From IMG/VR virus record IMGVR_UViG_3300030055_000004: DNA of 64,000 nt; one strand, 5' to 3'. The first letter of the stretch is position 1. Each line of letters begins with the position of its first letter. Below the pieces are notes generated by a model. It had not been told where the DNA came from. It saw only the letters and a list, made by a program, of their open reading frames with translations, and made no database searches. A program made the position numbers and the translations under genes. Shown here piece by piece: positions 35,901-48,234 of this stretch. This stretch comes from a virus (Duplodnaviria > Heunggongvirae > Uroviricota > Caudoviricetes).

Positions 35901-38900
35901 AAATTTATTCAATTTACTAATTTTACTAAAGATCAATATTCTTCTTTAACTACAAAACATGAATATCTATATGTTGCAAAAGTTAATATGAATGAGAATA
36001 TAGATATTGAAAATTCTATGAGATATAAAGTATTATCTAAACGTATGGTTGGTCATCCAGGTACTATACAACCTTATATGCAAGGATTAATTAATGGTAT
36101 TCCTAGTAAATATAATGTTTCAATTGTAGAAGATGCAGCATTTCCAGTATTTAATTATTCTGGAGATTTTAAAAAACAAGATGGATATGATGGATCTGCT
36201 TGGATGAATCCATTTATTGCAGTATTAGAAAATAATTCATTACCTGGGTCAGGTATTAAAGGTACTAAAAAACCATTAGGATTACATATTGGAGATGGAT
36301 TTTCATCTTTATTTAAATTTGCACAATTTCCTATAACAAATAGTTTAATTAGAAATTCTACAGAGTCAGAAAATTCATTCTATGAAATTATGAGAAAAAT
36401 GAATAATCAACCTTTAGATTCTTCTTTAAATTTTACACAAAATTTAAATAAAGAATTATTTCAAATTGATGATGCTATACATAAGTATAATCCTGAAGGT
36501 CTTTTTGTAAAAAAGAATGGAGGTTATGAAAAGATTACTAATATTAATCTTAATAGAGATATTAATAATATAATTGATACTACAAATAAATATGTAGTTG
36601 TTAGTCAAAAAACTGATGAATTTGGAGTTCCTTATGGAAATATAATTACAAAACCTATAAATATAAATTCAGTATTTGATTTATGGAATACATTAGGTGG
36701 TCAATATTCTATGGAATTAAAAGATGGTAAATTAGAATGGGGAGATCTTTCTATTAATGCTGTTTCAGAATATATGAATAATATAGGTAGTCAATCTAAA
36801 AATACTTTTAATCAGCCTTTAAAAGATTCTGTAGTTGCTATGCTTGCTAATAAATCTGCAGTTAAAATGGGAGCTACTAATGTAAATATTGTTGATACTT
36901 GGAAAAGTCCAGAAAATTTATTATCATTTAAAGTAAATACAACTAATTTTGGTATTCAAATGGATGCTAATCATGAAGCAGATGATTCTGAAATTACTGA
37001 AATGACACAAATTATTAGTATGCTTTCTGCTTTAGGATATACTTCTACTTATGCTGAAACTGCTTATACTGCATTAGCAGATATTATGGAAGAAAGTTTA
37101 AAAGAAGTTGATAAAGTATTAGCTGATAAAACTGGTAAAGAAGTTTATAAGTATTTATCTAAATTTGTTATAAGTGAATTTTCTAGAGCAAATAAAATTA
37201 GTACTGCACAAAATGTAATTGAAATTTTATCAAAAAATCAAGCAATTGGTATTCCATTTAGTGATAGTAGTATATTTAACTTATTTACTACTAATTTATT
37301 ATCTAAATTAAATAAAGATACTCTACGTCGTAAATTATCAGGTCTAGCAGGTATTTTAAATCCTTCTCATGGTGTTATTCAATTATTTGAAGACTCTAAT
37401 GGACGTAAAATGTTATGGAGTGACATGTTAAATGATATCTATAAAGGATTAGAAAATCCCAATGAAAGTGACCCATTATATGGTAGATTAAGAACTATAC
37501 TTGCAACAGGAGAAATAAATAATACTAATGTTAATGCAGATCTTGTAAAAGAATATATAGCTACTAAATTTAAAAATATTCAAATTGATGCTGATAAAGT
37601 AAAACTATTTGATACTATATTAGTTAACGGTGAAGAAAAAATTTTATTAACACCAACTGATATACAAAATTTTACTGATACTATAAAACCAACTGATATA
37701 ATTCAAAAAGTACAAGGAAAAGCTAGAGATTTAAAACCTGCTGAATTAACTTGGGTAGATAATTTAGGGAAAACACAAAATATTTGGACAACAACTCCAC
37801 TTAGAATTGTAACTAATTTTGAACAATATAAAAATTCAGATGTATTAAAAGATTATTTAGAATTTGCTAAACCTATTTTAATATTAACAAATCCTAAAGA
37901 TGAAGTTCCTATTTATAAATCAGAAGGTACACAATTATTTGAAGATTTACAATCTACTAATAAAGATATTAAATCTAATGCAGATACAGTAACTCATGAA
38001 CTTCTTAATAATTGGACTCAAAAATTATTTAGTGCATTGAAGAATAATGTAATGTATAAAGATTTAGTTTTAAATAAAAAAATAGGTCGTTATGATTTTG
38101 GTACCTATTTTAAAGGAGATGATTTAGTACATAAAGTGGATACTAGTTATTATACTCAAGATAATTTTAATCCTATACAAAATTTTGTATTAAATAGAGC
38201 AGAGACTATTATTCCTAAAATTTATAAATCAACTTTAGATTTACATAATGATTCTTTACATGAAATATTATCTCAAGGAAAAGAATATTTTAAAGGAAAA
38301 CTTAATGCAAATTATGAATTTTCTGAAAGTACTGAAAATATAGATGCTATGTTTAGAACTACTTTAGGAAATATAGGAGTTATGGTTTCAAATAAAAAAA
38401 TAGATCCTTCTTTAAAAGAAAATATTATGTTAGAAGTTTATGAAGATTCTAATGATGTATTTAGAGTAGATGAATTTGGTGAAAAAATGTATAAAATGCC
38501 TAAAGATTCCTACATAATTAAAGAAGGTAAGGCAGATATATTAGTAGTGAATAATGTTAATCAAATAGCACAATTTGCAGGAAGTTTAAAGAACAAAACT
38601 AATAGTATTCAAATATTTGGTAATAATATAAAATCAAATGAAGATATGCAAACCCTATTAAAAGTAGGAGTTGATTATAATTCAGTAAAATATTACTCTA
38701 ATAAATATAGAGAATATGGTAATACATTAGAATCTAATATTGATAATAAAGATAGTTACAAAACTTCACAAACAAGTGCAAATATATTTTATTTAGATAA
38801 ACAAACTAATATTGATGTTATAGGTAATGCAATATATAATTCATTTCTTAAAACTCAAGAAATAATTGCAGGTCGTATTCCATCACAAGCATTACAATCT

Positions 38901-41561
38901 TATATGTCAATGCAAAATGTTGCTTTTACTGAAACAGGTTCAAGTGATGTATATGTATCATTATGGCAAATATATTTACAAGGGGCCGATTTTGATATTG
39001 ATAAAGTGTATATGATGGCTTATGCATTAGATGCAAATGGTATGTATGAAAATTGGTCTCCATTATTTGATTATTCAAGTAAAGAAGCTTTAGATTTATC
39101 TGAAAAACTTCCTATACCAACTGGTATTCCTATTAATTTTCAAATTATGTCTACTAAAGAAATTAAAGGATTAAATAGAACTGGAGTTGATTTAACTGAT
39201 ACAATTAAAACAGCAAATGGTAAATTAAATCATATAGAAACTTTGAATTTAATTAATGATTTACTTCCACGTATTAATAAAAATCCTGATGAATTCTTTT
39301 ATAGTAAAATAGCAGATGAAAGTGGATTAATGGATAAAATTAATCAACATAATACATATAGTAATCAAAAAGAAGGATTAAAAAATAATGTAGTAACAAT
39401 GGTTCATAATGTAAATATGGATTTAGAAAATCAAGTATCTGCATATACCTCTATTGATTCTGGAACAGCACCATGAACTGAACAAGTTAAAAAAGCTGAT
39501 ACAGGAGATATTTTATCTGCACATAGTGTAGTTTCATTATATAAACTTAAAGAAACAAATTCTGTGGGTAAAGATACAGTAGGTGTAATGGCTAATGGTT
39601 TAAAAACATTTTTTGCATTAACTCAATATTTTAATAAATACTATAAATCAACTGACAGTATTTCTCCAAATGATAATGCTTATTTTATAAAGAAATTTAA
39701 TATAGGTGGTGGAGATAAATATGTTAGTACAATTGGAGATATTAGAATTACTAGTGAACAAGCTGATATGATTAATAATTATATTAATAAAGTAGCTGAT
39801 ACTGATAATACTTATATGTATTTTAATAATAATGATATTTCAATTTCATTATCTGCATTAACTAGTTTAGCAGTAGATAATGCTAAAGAATTGGCATTGG
39901 CAAAACTTAATGCTGGATTAGAATTAGCAAGTATGCATATTTATTTAACTATATTAGGATTCACACCAAAAATGGTTGCAGATTATATGATGGGGCCTAA
40001 TGTAAGTAGATTAGTTGCTTCTCTTAAATACAATTTCTTTACAGATGAAAAAACATCAGTAGATGATTTAGTAACTAAAAGTGGAGATAGACAATTTATT
40101 CAAATTTATCAAGGGGCTAAAGAATTAAGAGCATTAAATACCTTTTTGGCTTTAAATCAAGGAGTAAAATCTAATATCTATGAAATTCATGGTTCTTTAG
40201 AATCTATGAATCAAATTATTTATACTAGAGAAAGTATTTTATATAAAGGCAATACTGGAAATATGCAAAATAATTTTGATACAACTGTAGATAAAATGGT
40301 AAAAGAAATTAGTGTTAATAAACCATACTTAACTAAAGAATATATTAAAAATACATTAATACAAGCTCATAAAGAGAATATAATAATGCAGAATTTTAAT
40401 TTAGATAAATATCTTAATGATCCTATGTATAGAAAAGTAATTGTAGATTATTATAATATATTAAAACATACTATTAATATCTTTGATAGTATAAATAATC
40501 TTCCTCATTTTTATCAAATGTTACAATCTTTAAATTCATCAGTAAATTTATTAAAAGTAACATCAGCTAGAGTAAGTTTTATTGAAGATACAGTTCCAGT
40601 AGTTTTAAAATATTATAAAGATACATTAAAAAAGAAAATCACTATTAACAATGATCCCTTTGCACCATTAATATATTCTAAAGATGGGGCAAAAGCAATG
40701 AGTACTTTATTTACTGATCATGTTATATATGAATGAATGAAGTCTCCTGATTTAGATTTTTTTAGTCTTAATTTAGAACAAATTGCAAACTTAACATCTA
40801 ATTCTAAAATTGAATATTTTAATGATAAAGGTAGATTTTCAAATGATAATGTAGAAACTACTGCTGGGAATGTAATTATAGATACTAAATCTTTAGATAA
40901 TTTAGCTACAATTAAAGTACTTATGGAGAAATATTTGATTCCTTATTTAAAAGAAAATGAATCTGATAATACATTTGTTAAATATTTAATTAAAGCTACT
41001 AATAAATATTCTAAAAGAGAATTCTATAAATTAAATATTAACATGAGTGCTTTAAATGATAGTATATCTGGACCATTATTTAATGAATTACTTAGTTCAT
41101 TTAATGAATTATCAGATAAAAATAGTGGTTTAACTGGAGAAAATGATACAAACTTAAATTGAGGTGACATATTTTTTGTTTATAATACTATTATAAATAA
41201 AAATGCAATTGGAAATGAAAGAATGAGTAGAATTTTTGATGATTATGTACAAAAACCAAATTCATTAGCTATTAAATTACCAATATTTTTTGCAGAATTT
41301 GATAATAAAACTAGAACTTTAGATATTAGTCCATATGATATAATGTATAGTTTATATAATAAACATGGAGTATTAGACCTTGTAAAAAAATCAGGGGAAA
41401 AAACAATACCAGAATCATTAGAAATATTAAATCAACATTATACTTTAAATGTGGATTTAATTCCTTCAAATAATGAATCTAAATTAAAAAATCAATTATT
41501 AACCAAAATTATGAATGCTATGAATAATGGGCATTTCACAATAGATTTAAACTGTAACTAA
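32913..41561 (+). CDS. Virion RNA polymerase, crAss two-barrel type (2882 aa), TGA=Trp at 39474, 40734, 41160
   Basis: RIPSQ and GADFDID catalytic motif (38982-39002); four track ORFs in one frame. Confidence 0.92.
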
Positions 41562-42409
41562 TGGCTTGTGACTATATAATAACAACTAAAGATGGAGGTA
41601 CTTTTAAAGTACCTTCACCTTTTGATACGAAATCTGATACATTATTTTCTAGTATTTTATCTAATTTAGATACTAAAACTTTAGGGCAATTAATGTCTAC
41701 TATTCAAACTTCTATAAATAAAAAGATACCTAATAAACCAGTAATATCTGAAGAAATAATAAAACCAACAGATAATAATGAACTATTAGATACAATATTA
41801 ACAGAAATGACTTCTAAATTTGGTATACAATTTGTACAATTTAATAAAGATAATTATGCAGATATACAACAATTATCAGTAGAAGATTTAAATAAAGTTA
41901 AAGCATTTGCAAAAGATGGTGTAATTTACTTTAATAAAACAGAAGGAACTATTGAAGAACCTTTACATGAATTTATGCATTTGATTTTAAATACATTAAA
42001 AGTTAGAAATCCAACTTTATTTGAAAATATTGTAAAAAATATGTATAAAGTAGAAGGATATCAACAAATTGCAGATTTATATCCAAATTTAACAAGATTA
42101 GATTTAGGTGAGGAAGCATTTGTAAGATTATTTTCTAGTAAAGCAACAGAATTAATGCAAAGTACTGATTTAATGACAGCTGTTAAACAATCATTAAACG
42201 ATATATTACAACCAACTAAAGATACTTCTAATATATCTACTGAAGATTTACTTGATTTATCTATAACAGACTATATAAATCAATTTGGAAGTGAATTAAT
42301 ACAAGGTAAACAAGGTTTATATAATAAAACAGATAGTAATTTAGGAACTCAAATCTTAAATATAAAACAAAATTTAATGGAATCTAAAGAATTAGGAGAA
42401 AAATGTTAA
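41561..42409 (+). CDS. Zincin-like (HExxH) protein of the RNAP cargo cluster (282 aa)
   Basis: KAFAKDGVIY...PLHEFMH...GEEAF motifs; TAATG overlaps at both ends. Confidence 0.75.
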   Translation: MACDYIITTKDGGTFKVPSPFDTKSDTLFSSILSNLDTKTLGQLMSTIQTSINKKIPNKPVISEEIIKPTDNNELLDTILTEMTSKFGIQFVQFNKDNYADIQQLSVEDLNKVKAFAKDGVIYFNKTEGTIEEPLHEFMHLILNTLKVRNPTLFENIVKNMYKVEGYQQIADLYPNLTRLDLGEEAFVRLFSSKATELMQSTDLMTAVKQSLNDILQPTKDTSNISTEDLLDLSITDYINQFGSELIQGKQGLYNKTDSNLGTQILNIKQNLMESKELGEKC

Positions 42410-45400
42410 TGGAGGGATGTAAATATATATTAAAAAGTAAAGGAATGGAATTTGATTCTGAATTAGAATTAAATGATTATATTAAAAATAATATTGATGA
42501 TTTTGACCATACTGGTAATATTGTTTATAGTTTGGCAGATAAAAAAGAAATTAATGTTTCTAAAATAAAAGAATTAATTAAAACTTACAGCCAACGTGTA
42601 AGTGATGGTACTTCTTTATCTGTTAATGATTTTCTTGTACAAGAACATCAAATTGGAGAAAATACTGAAAGATTAGTTCCAGAATATATTGAGGAAAATA
42701 GAATTAAAAATACTATTACTCAAATTATGAAAAATAATCCTAGTTATACTGAAGCATTTGCTAGAGCAGAAATATTAAATACTATTGCTCAAGAAAATAA
42801 GATGGTAAATGTAGGTACATGAATGCATAAACTTTTACAAAAAGGGTGAAAAAGTACTTCTAGCTCAGATTTTATATCTGAGTTAGCAGGTATGGCTCAA
42901 TTTAAAGATGTATTAGGTACAACAGATGAAACCGCACAACGAAAAGTTAGTGATGCTATTATAGAAGTTATAAGATTAATTTCATCAACACATCCAAATG
43001 CAACATCATTTCCTAATCTTCAAATTGTAACTGAAGATATGCTAGGTAGAAAAGTTAATGGAAAAATTGATTTACTTTTAATTGGCGAAGATGGAAAAGC
43101 TCATATTTATGATTTAAAAATATCTACTAAAGCATTTAATGATTGGGATTCTGCTAAAAAATTAAATACTAATTATCAATTGGGAGCATTAAGACAAATG
43201 TTATCTGCAAATGGAGTTAATATTCAAGATGCAACATTAAATGTAATTCCTATTACTATACCATTTGGTAATATAAATAGAATGCAAACTGATATAAAAA
43301 TTGAATTATTAAATCCTAAAACTCAATTAAATAATAAATTAAATTATTTTCAAGGAGATGTAAGTTTAAAACTTAAAAAATACTTACCATCTACTATATC
43401 TAATGCAGATGTTGAAAATGTTCATTTAGATAATACTTTAATTGATCAATTAGGTGTTTTATTTCCTAAATTTAATTTTGAATCTCAACAAATTAAAGTT
43501 AATTCAGAAGAATTATTTAATAACGCATCTAAAACTAAAAATTCAAATGGTGAATTTCAATTCTATAATAAATTACAAGGTAAACGTACTACAGCAAAAA
43601 ATGAAACTGAATTAAAAGAAAAAATTGATCAGTATGTTATAGATTTAGATCAACAAAAACATACAGTTATTGAGGGTTTATATGAACAATTGGATGGTTT
43701 TATAAAAACTGGACAAAAGCCTGAAAATTTATTTGGTAAAAATACTAATGCAGTTTTAAATGAAGCTATTTCATATAATTTTGATAAATACATGGATGGT
43801 ACATGGAATCTTATTAAAATAGATGCATTAATGTCTGCTGGTATTTTAGGTTTTCAAAGTGAAAATGGCATGCTAGAATTCATGGTTATTTCAACTAATA
43901 GAAAAAATATATCTTATAAATTACCAGAAGGTAATTCTTTATTAGGTAAATTTCTTAATAATGAAAAAGCAAGAGAATTCTTTCCAGAAGTATTAGAAGC
44001 AACTACTAGTAATATTGAATTAATGAAAGTATTAACTGTACTAAATTCAATACCTGAAATCTTTAATGGATATACATTAGGAGATATAAAATTTCTAAAT
44101 TATCTTGAAGGTAAAGCTGATTCTAAAGATTTAAATATATTAATTAGAAATTTTAATGCATTAGCTGAAAAAGGAGGTATTGAAAGTAATTTTAAAAATA
44201 GTAAAATTAAACCTGTTGAAACATTAGATTATATATATAATAATTTAAATTCAATTCTTAAAGTAAGTACAAATGCTGCATTGACAGATATTTTTAATGC
44301 TGTTGAGAGAGAAGATTTAATTACATTAAAACTTGAAACTTTACAAGAATTAAGACAAAAGATTTTAGATATGCCTAATCAAGCTTATTTAAAAAATAAA
44401 TCTCCTAATGAAATGCTTAATTTTAATACACAAGAAGAATATGCATTATATTTAGTTAGTTTAGGAATTGCCTATTATTCTGGAATTACTAATAATGGAG
44501 ATTATATTATCCCTCAATTAGGAATAAGTGGTGCTAATACTGTAGATGTTTTAAAGTCACCATTTACTTATAATGAAACTTCAAGAGATAAACAAGGTAA
44601 TAAAGTTGTAGGGTTTCTTGGAGGTTTAACATTTGCAACTGCAAGTACACTACCTTCTAAAGATTTACATAGTATTGTAAATTTAGTAAGTATTGGTAAT
44701 CAAAGAATTAGAGGTGAATATGAAAAAGTATTAACTGAAATTATACCACATACTAAAAAATATTATAAAGATTCAGGATATTCTGAAGTTTATCAACATA
44801 TAATTGGTAACACATATCCATTACATGATAATTTTTATAAAAGAATGTCAGATGATACTTTAGATCCAGCAATGATGTTTAAAAATCCATATGATGAACA
44901 TGAATCTTTATTAGTGCCTCAAAGAGACTATTTAATGAGAATGTTATGGGAAATAAATAAAAGACGTTTAGGATTATCTATAGAAGAAAAACAAACCGAT
45001 TATAAAAAAGCAGATAAATTAGAGAAAGTTATAAAAGCTGGTGATAAATATTTCGAAGTACCATTAATGAGGGGTACAGATGCTTCTAAATTGCATAATA
45101 TAACACTTAAAAATACTCTTGAATCTATAAAAAATAAAGTTGATGAAGTTAGAGATTATATAGATCCTAGAGAATTAACTGAAGAACAACGTATTAATGT
45201 AGTTAAACAAAAAAATAATTATCAAAATATGTACAATCAATTTAGAATGTCTGAAAATTCAAGATCTAAAATGATTGCAAATAAAGGAGTTAAATATTTT
45301 GAGACTAATCTTGATAGAATAACATTAGAATATGTATATGCTGATATAAAAGAAAATATAATGAATAATGTATTAAGTAAAATGAATTCAGCAATTTATT

Positions 45401-46962
45401 TACTTAAATTTTATGCTAAACAATCTGGGGATGATATATCTTCAACTCTTCAATATTTTCAAGATTACATACAATCAAATATATATAATGAACCTATAAT
45501 TTCATCAGAATTACAAGATGTAGTTAAATGAGTAGAAGCTGCAAAAGGTTTTACAAGTAAATTAATTATGCCTTTTAGACCTGCAATGTTAGTAAAAGAA
45601 TTAAGTATGGGAACAATTGTTAATGTTTCAAGAGCTTTTACACAAATTTATGGAGAAAATTCATTTAATATTAAACATTTAGCAGAAGCATATAAAGTTA
45701 TGATAGGATCTAATAAACAATTTTCAAGAGATTTTAATAAAGTAGATGCTGTTAATAATGCCTATGGTGTAGTAAATTTAGATATGAATGTACTTGTTAA
45801 TAAAACAAGAACAGATAGAGTTGGGGCATTAAATGCATTTAATGAATGGATGTATTTTACTGCAGGACATGGTGATTATGTAAATAGAATGACTTTATTT
45901 ATTGCACAAATGATACATGATGGTGTATGAGATGCTCATACTGTAAATGAAGATGGGCATTTAATTTATGATTTTGAAAAGGATACTAGATTTGCAGAAT
46001 ATAATGCTCATAAAAACTCTAAAAATTATACTTCAAAAGCATTTTTAGATCAAAAATCTCTCTATAAAGTAATTCTACAACAATTTAATACAGAAGGTTA
46101 TACTAAAGAAGATGGTTCCTTGTATACAGAAGGAGATGCATTACCACAAGCATATACAGTTAAAGATAAAGAAAGTTTAAAATCTTTTGCTGATTTAGCT
46201 TATGGTTTTTATGATCATGAACGTAAATCTATGTTTAATAAAACTGCAACAGGTATTGTATTTATGCAATTTATGACATTCTGGACTGCTAAAAAAGCCT
46301 TATGGTTTACTAAACCTGGAAGTACAGAAAATAGTCAAGGTATGTGAAAAACTAAAGAAGTTATAGATCCTACTGATGGTATAAAGAAAACAGTATTTAA
46401 ACGTGAATTTAAAGATGAAAATGGTATTATAGAGCATGTAGAAGAAACATTTGAGAATGATGGTAAAATGGAACCAGTAAAATATTGGGAAGGTAATCCA
46501 CATGTTGGATTATTTTATGCATTAACTCATACTTTTAGAGATTTAAGTAGAGGTAATTTTAAAGAAGCATTTGCAGATACTAAACGTAATAATAGATCAA
46601 AACAAGCTTTACATGATATACTTGCTGTAATGTTTTATGCATTTATTGCAAGATTAATGTTCGGAGCAGCTAGAGAAGCTATGGGAATGGATACAACAGT
46701 TGATCCATTAAAACCAACTAAAAATGGTGGAGATTTAACTATAGTACAAAATTCATTATCATTACTTGAAAAATCCCAATTAAAAGCCTTTGGTGAATTT
46801 AATCCAGTATCAAATATTTTTGGTGGATTTAGTTGGGAACCAGCATTTGCTACTAAAGTTACAAATGTAGTTACTGGAGCTCAAAATGTAATTTTTGGTG
46901 ATGGAGATCTTCTTAACTATGCTAAAAAGAATGTTACAATGTTAGAAAATTTCAATATTTAA
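42409..46962 (+). CDS. Giant virion protein with N-terminal PD-(D/E)xK nuclease domain (1517 aa), TGA=Trp at 42820, 42847, 45529, 45928, 46345
   Basis: GT-W-MH, GKIDLLL, IYDLKIS, YQL motifs; five track ORFs in one frame; start at 42409 preferred for the TAATG overlap (42403 possible). Confidence 0.8.
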
Positions 46963-47013
46963 AAAAATAGCCCCTATATATCGGTTAAGATACATAGGGG
47001 CTATTATTATTTT
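46961..47013. terminator. Bidirectional terminator at the late/early strand switch
   Basis: AATAGCCCCTAT (46966-46977) / ATAGGGGCTATT (46994-47005) with A-run and T-rich flanks, between convergent genes. Confidence 0.85.
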
Positions 47014-47015
47014 AA

Positions 47016-47723
47016 TTAAGAATTATAAAATTTACGAGCATATTGTCGTCTTAAACTCTCCATTTTTGCATTTGGTGCAGGATTTTCAAAATGTTTTCTA
47101 AATAATTCAGCTGCATCTTCTGGAGTTTTTGCTTCTTTTATCTTAGAAAGAACACCACTATAACTATTATTTAATTCATGCCATAGATATTCCATTTGAC
47201 CATTTACAGAGGTATTATCTAATCCTCTTGCAGTTGAAAAGTTTTTTAAATTAGTCCATCTTCCTTGACCTACAGTTGGATCTCTCCATTGTGCTAACCC
47301 AAAAGATGTACCTTTATCCCCACCTGCTGTGGTATTTAATCCAGATTCAACCATTAAATTACCAACTACACCAGAAGCTGCTTCTTTAGATAAACCTTTA
47401 TTAGTTAAAAAAGAAACCATATCTTTAGCTACACCTGTTTGTCCTTTACTAATTTTTATATTAGCAGTAATTGGGGTTTCTTTAGGTACAATTGGTGTTA
47501 CAATTTGTGGTGTAGAAGTTGAAAATAAAGGACTAGTAGATTTTATAACATCAGGTATATTATAATTTGGTAGAGTTGGTGTTTGTATATTAGTTATTGG
47601 TGCTGTATAAATAGGTGCACCTGTATATTGTACAAAAGGTAAAAGTACAGAGGTTTCTCCTGGATTATATTTATTCATATACTCTGCATATTGATTTATA
47701 TCATTTGTTGTATCGTAGTCCAT
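47016..47723 (-). CDS. Phage tail lysozyme (Phage_lysozyme2-like) with Pro/Thr-rich N-terminal linker (235 aa)
   Basis: GNLMVESGLN, GTSFGLAQW, QMEYLWHEL, AA..F..HFE motifs; ATG 47723 preferred over GTG 47810. Confidence 0.85.
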   Translation of the reverse strand: MDYDTTNDINQYAEYMNKYNPGETSVLLPFVQYTGAPIYTAPITNIQTPTLPNYNIPDVIKSTSPLFSTSTPQIVTPIVPKETPITANIKISKGQTGVAKDMVSFLTNKGLSKEAASGVVGNLMVESGLNTTAGGDKGTSFGLAQWRDPTVGQGRWTNLKNFSTARGLDNTSVNGQMEYLWHELNNSYSGVLSKIKEAKTPEDAAELFRKHFENPAPNAKMESLRRQYARKFYNS

Positions 47724-47745
47724 ATTTTTAGATTTATTTAATTTG

Positions 47746-47753
47746 TAAAGGTA
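47746..47753 (-). promoter_or_regulatory. Possible -7 box (TACCTTTA) for the lysozyme gene
   Basis: One mismatch to TAnnTTTG, located between a terminator and ATG 47723. Confidence 0.35.
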
Positions 47754-47790
47754 CAAAATAAAACCTATAAAAAATACTAAAATATAAATA

Positions 47791-47832
47791 AAAAAAAATA
47801 GCCTAACCACATCATCACGACGGGGTTAGGCT
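47791..47832 (-). terminator. Intrinsic terminator ending the ligase operon
   Basis: AGCCTAACC/GGTTAGGCT stem followed on the - strand by A and a long T run. Confidence 0.8.
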
Positions 47833-47883
47833 TCACTACTTTATAAACAAAAAAGTATTTTTTACGTGTACTACACGTTATAT

Positions 47884-48234
47884 TTAAGAAAATAGTTTAC
47901 TCCAGGCAGATTTTCTGGATAAATTATTTTCTAATTGAGTTTTAAATTCTTCTTTATTATTGTTATCAATTGATATTCTTTGATTAATACCAAGTAATAA
48001 TTCAATAATTTTTGATTCTAATGCTTCTACTGATTCTGGTATTGACTCTGTAGAATTTATCTCCCTATTAAAAGGAGATAAATCTATAGATCTACATGAA
48101 TAACTATCAGTTTTAAAATAAATATAAGTATAAAATTTATTTTTATTTATTTCTATATTTAGTCTTTTATTTTCTTCTAACATTTGATCATATTGCCATT
48201 TAGGCATTGTAATTGTTATTTCATCTCTATTCAT
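47884..48234 (-). CDS. Hypothetical protein (116 aa)
   Basis: ATG 48234 overlaps the ligase stop; ends TAA. Confidence 0.7.
   Translation of the reverse strand: MNRDEITITMPKWQYDQMLEENKRLNIEINKNKFYTYIYFKTDSYSCRSIDLSPFNREINSTESIPESVEALESKIIELLLGINQRISIDNNNKEEFKTQLENNLSRKSAWSKLFS

Noticed and set aside
32888-42420. Terminal cysteines as intein splice junctions
   Set aside because: No HINT or LAGLIDADG motifs and no His-Asn terminus preceding a nucleophile; the Cys are not at position 1.
8942-46503. Short - strand ORFs (8942, 17035, 17638, 25090, 30892, 46300)
   Set aside because: Antisense shadows of long genes with no recognisable motifs.
599-46962. Fragmented + strand ORFs as pseudogenes, sequencing errors or frameshifts
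   Set aside because: Fragments are always in the same frame, separated only by TGA (never TAA/TAG), often at conserved Trp positions.
599-46962. TGA as Gly (table 25) or selenocysteine
   Set aside because: Contexts such as F-x-MKDT, D-x-VHVS and FE-x-E match Trp positions; too many sites and no Cys-like contexts.
47724-47810. Hydrophobic N-terminal anchor (MVRLFFFIYILVFF...) on the lysozyme from the GTG 47810 start
   Set aside because: The GTG lies within the terminator hairpin and the hydrophobic run is the translated T-tract; ATG 47723 has an A-rich leader. A SAR-type anchor is not fully excluded.
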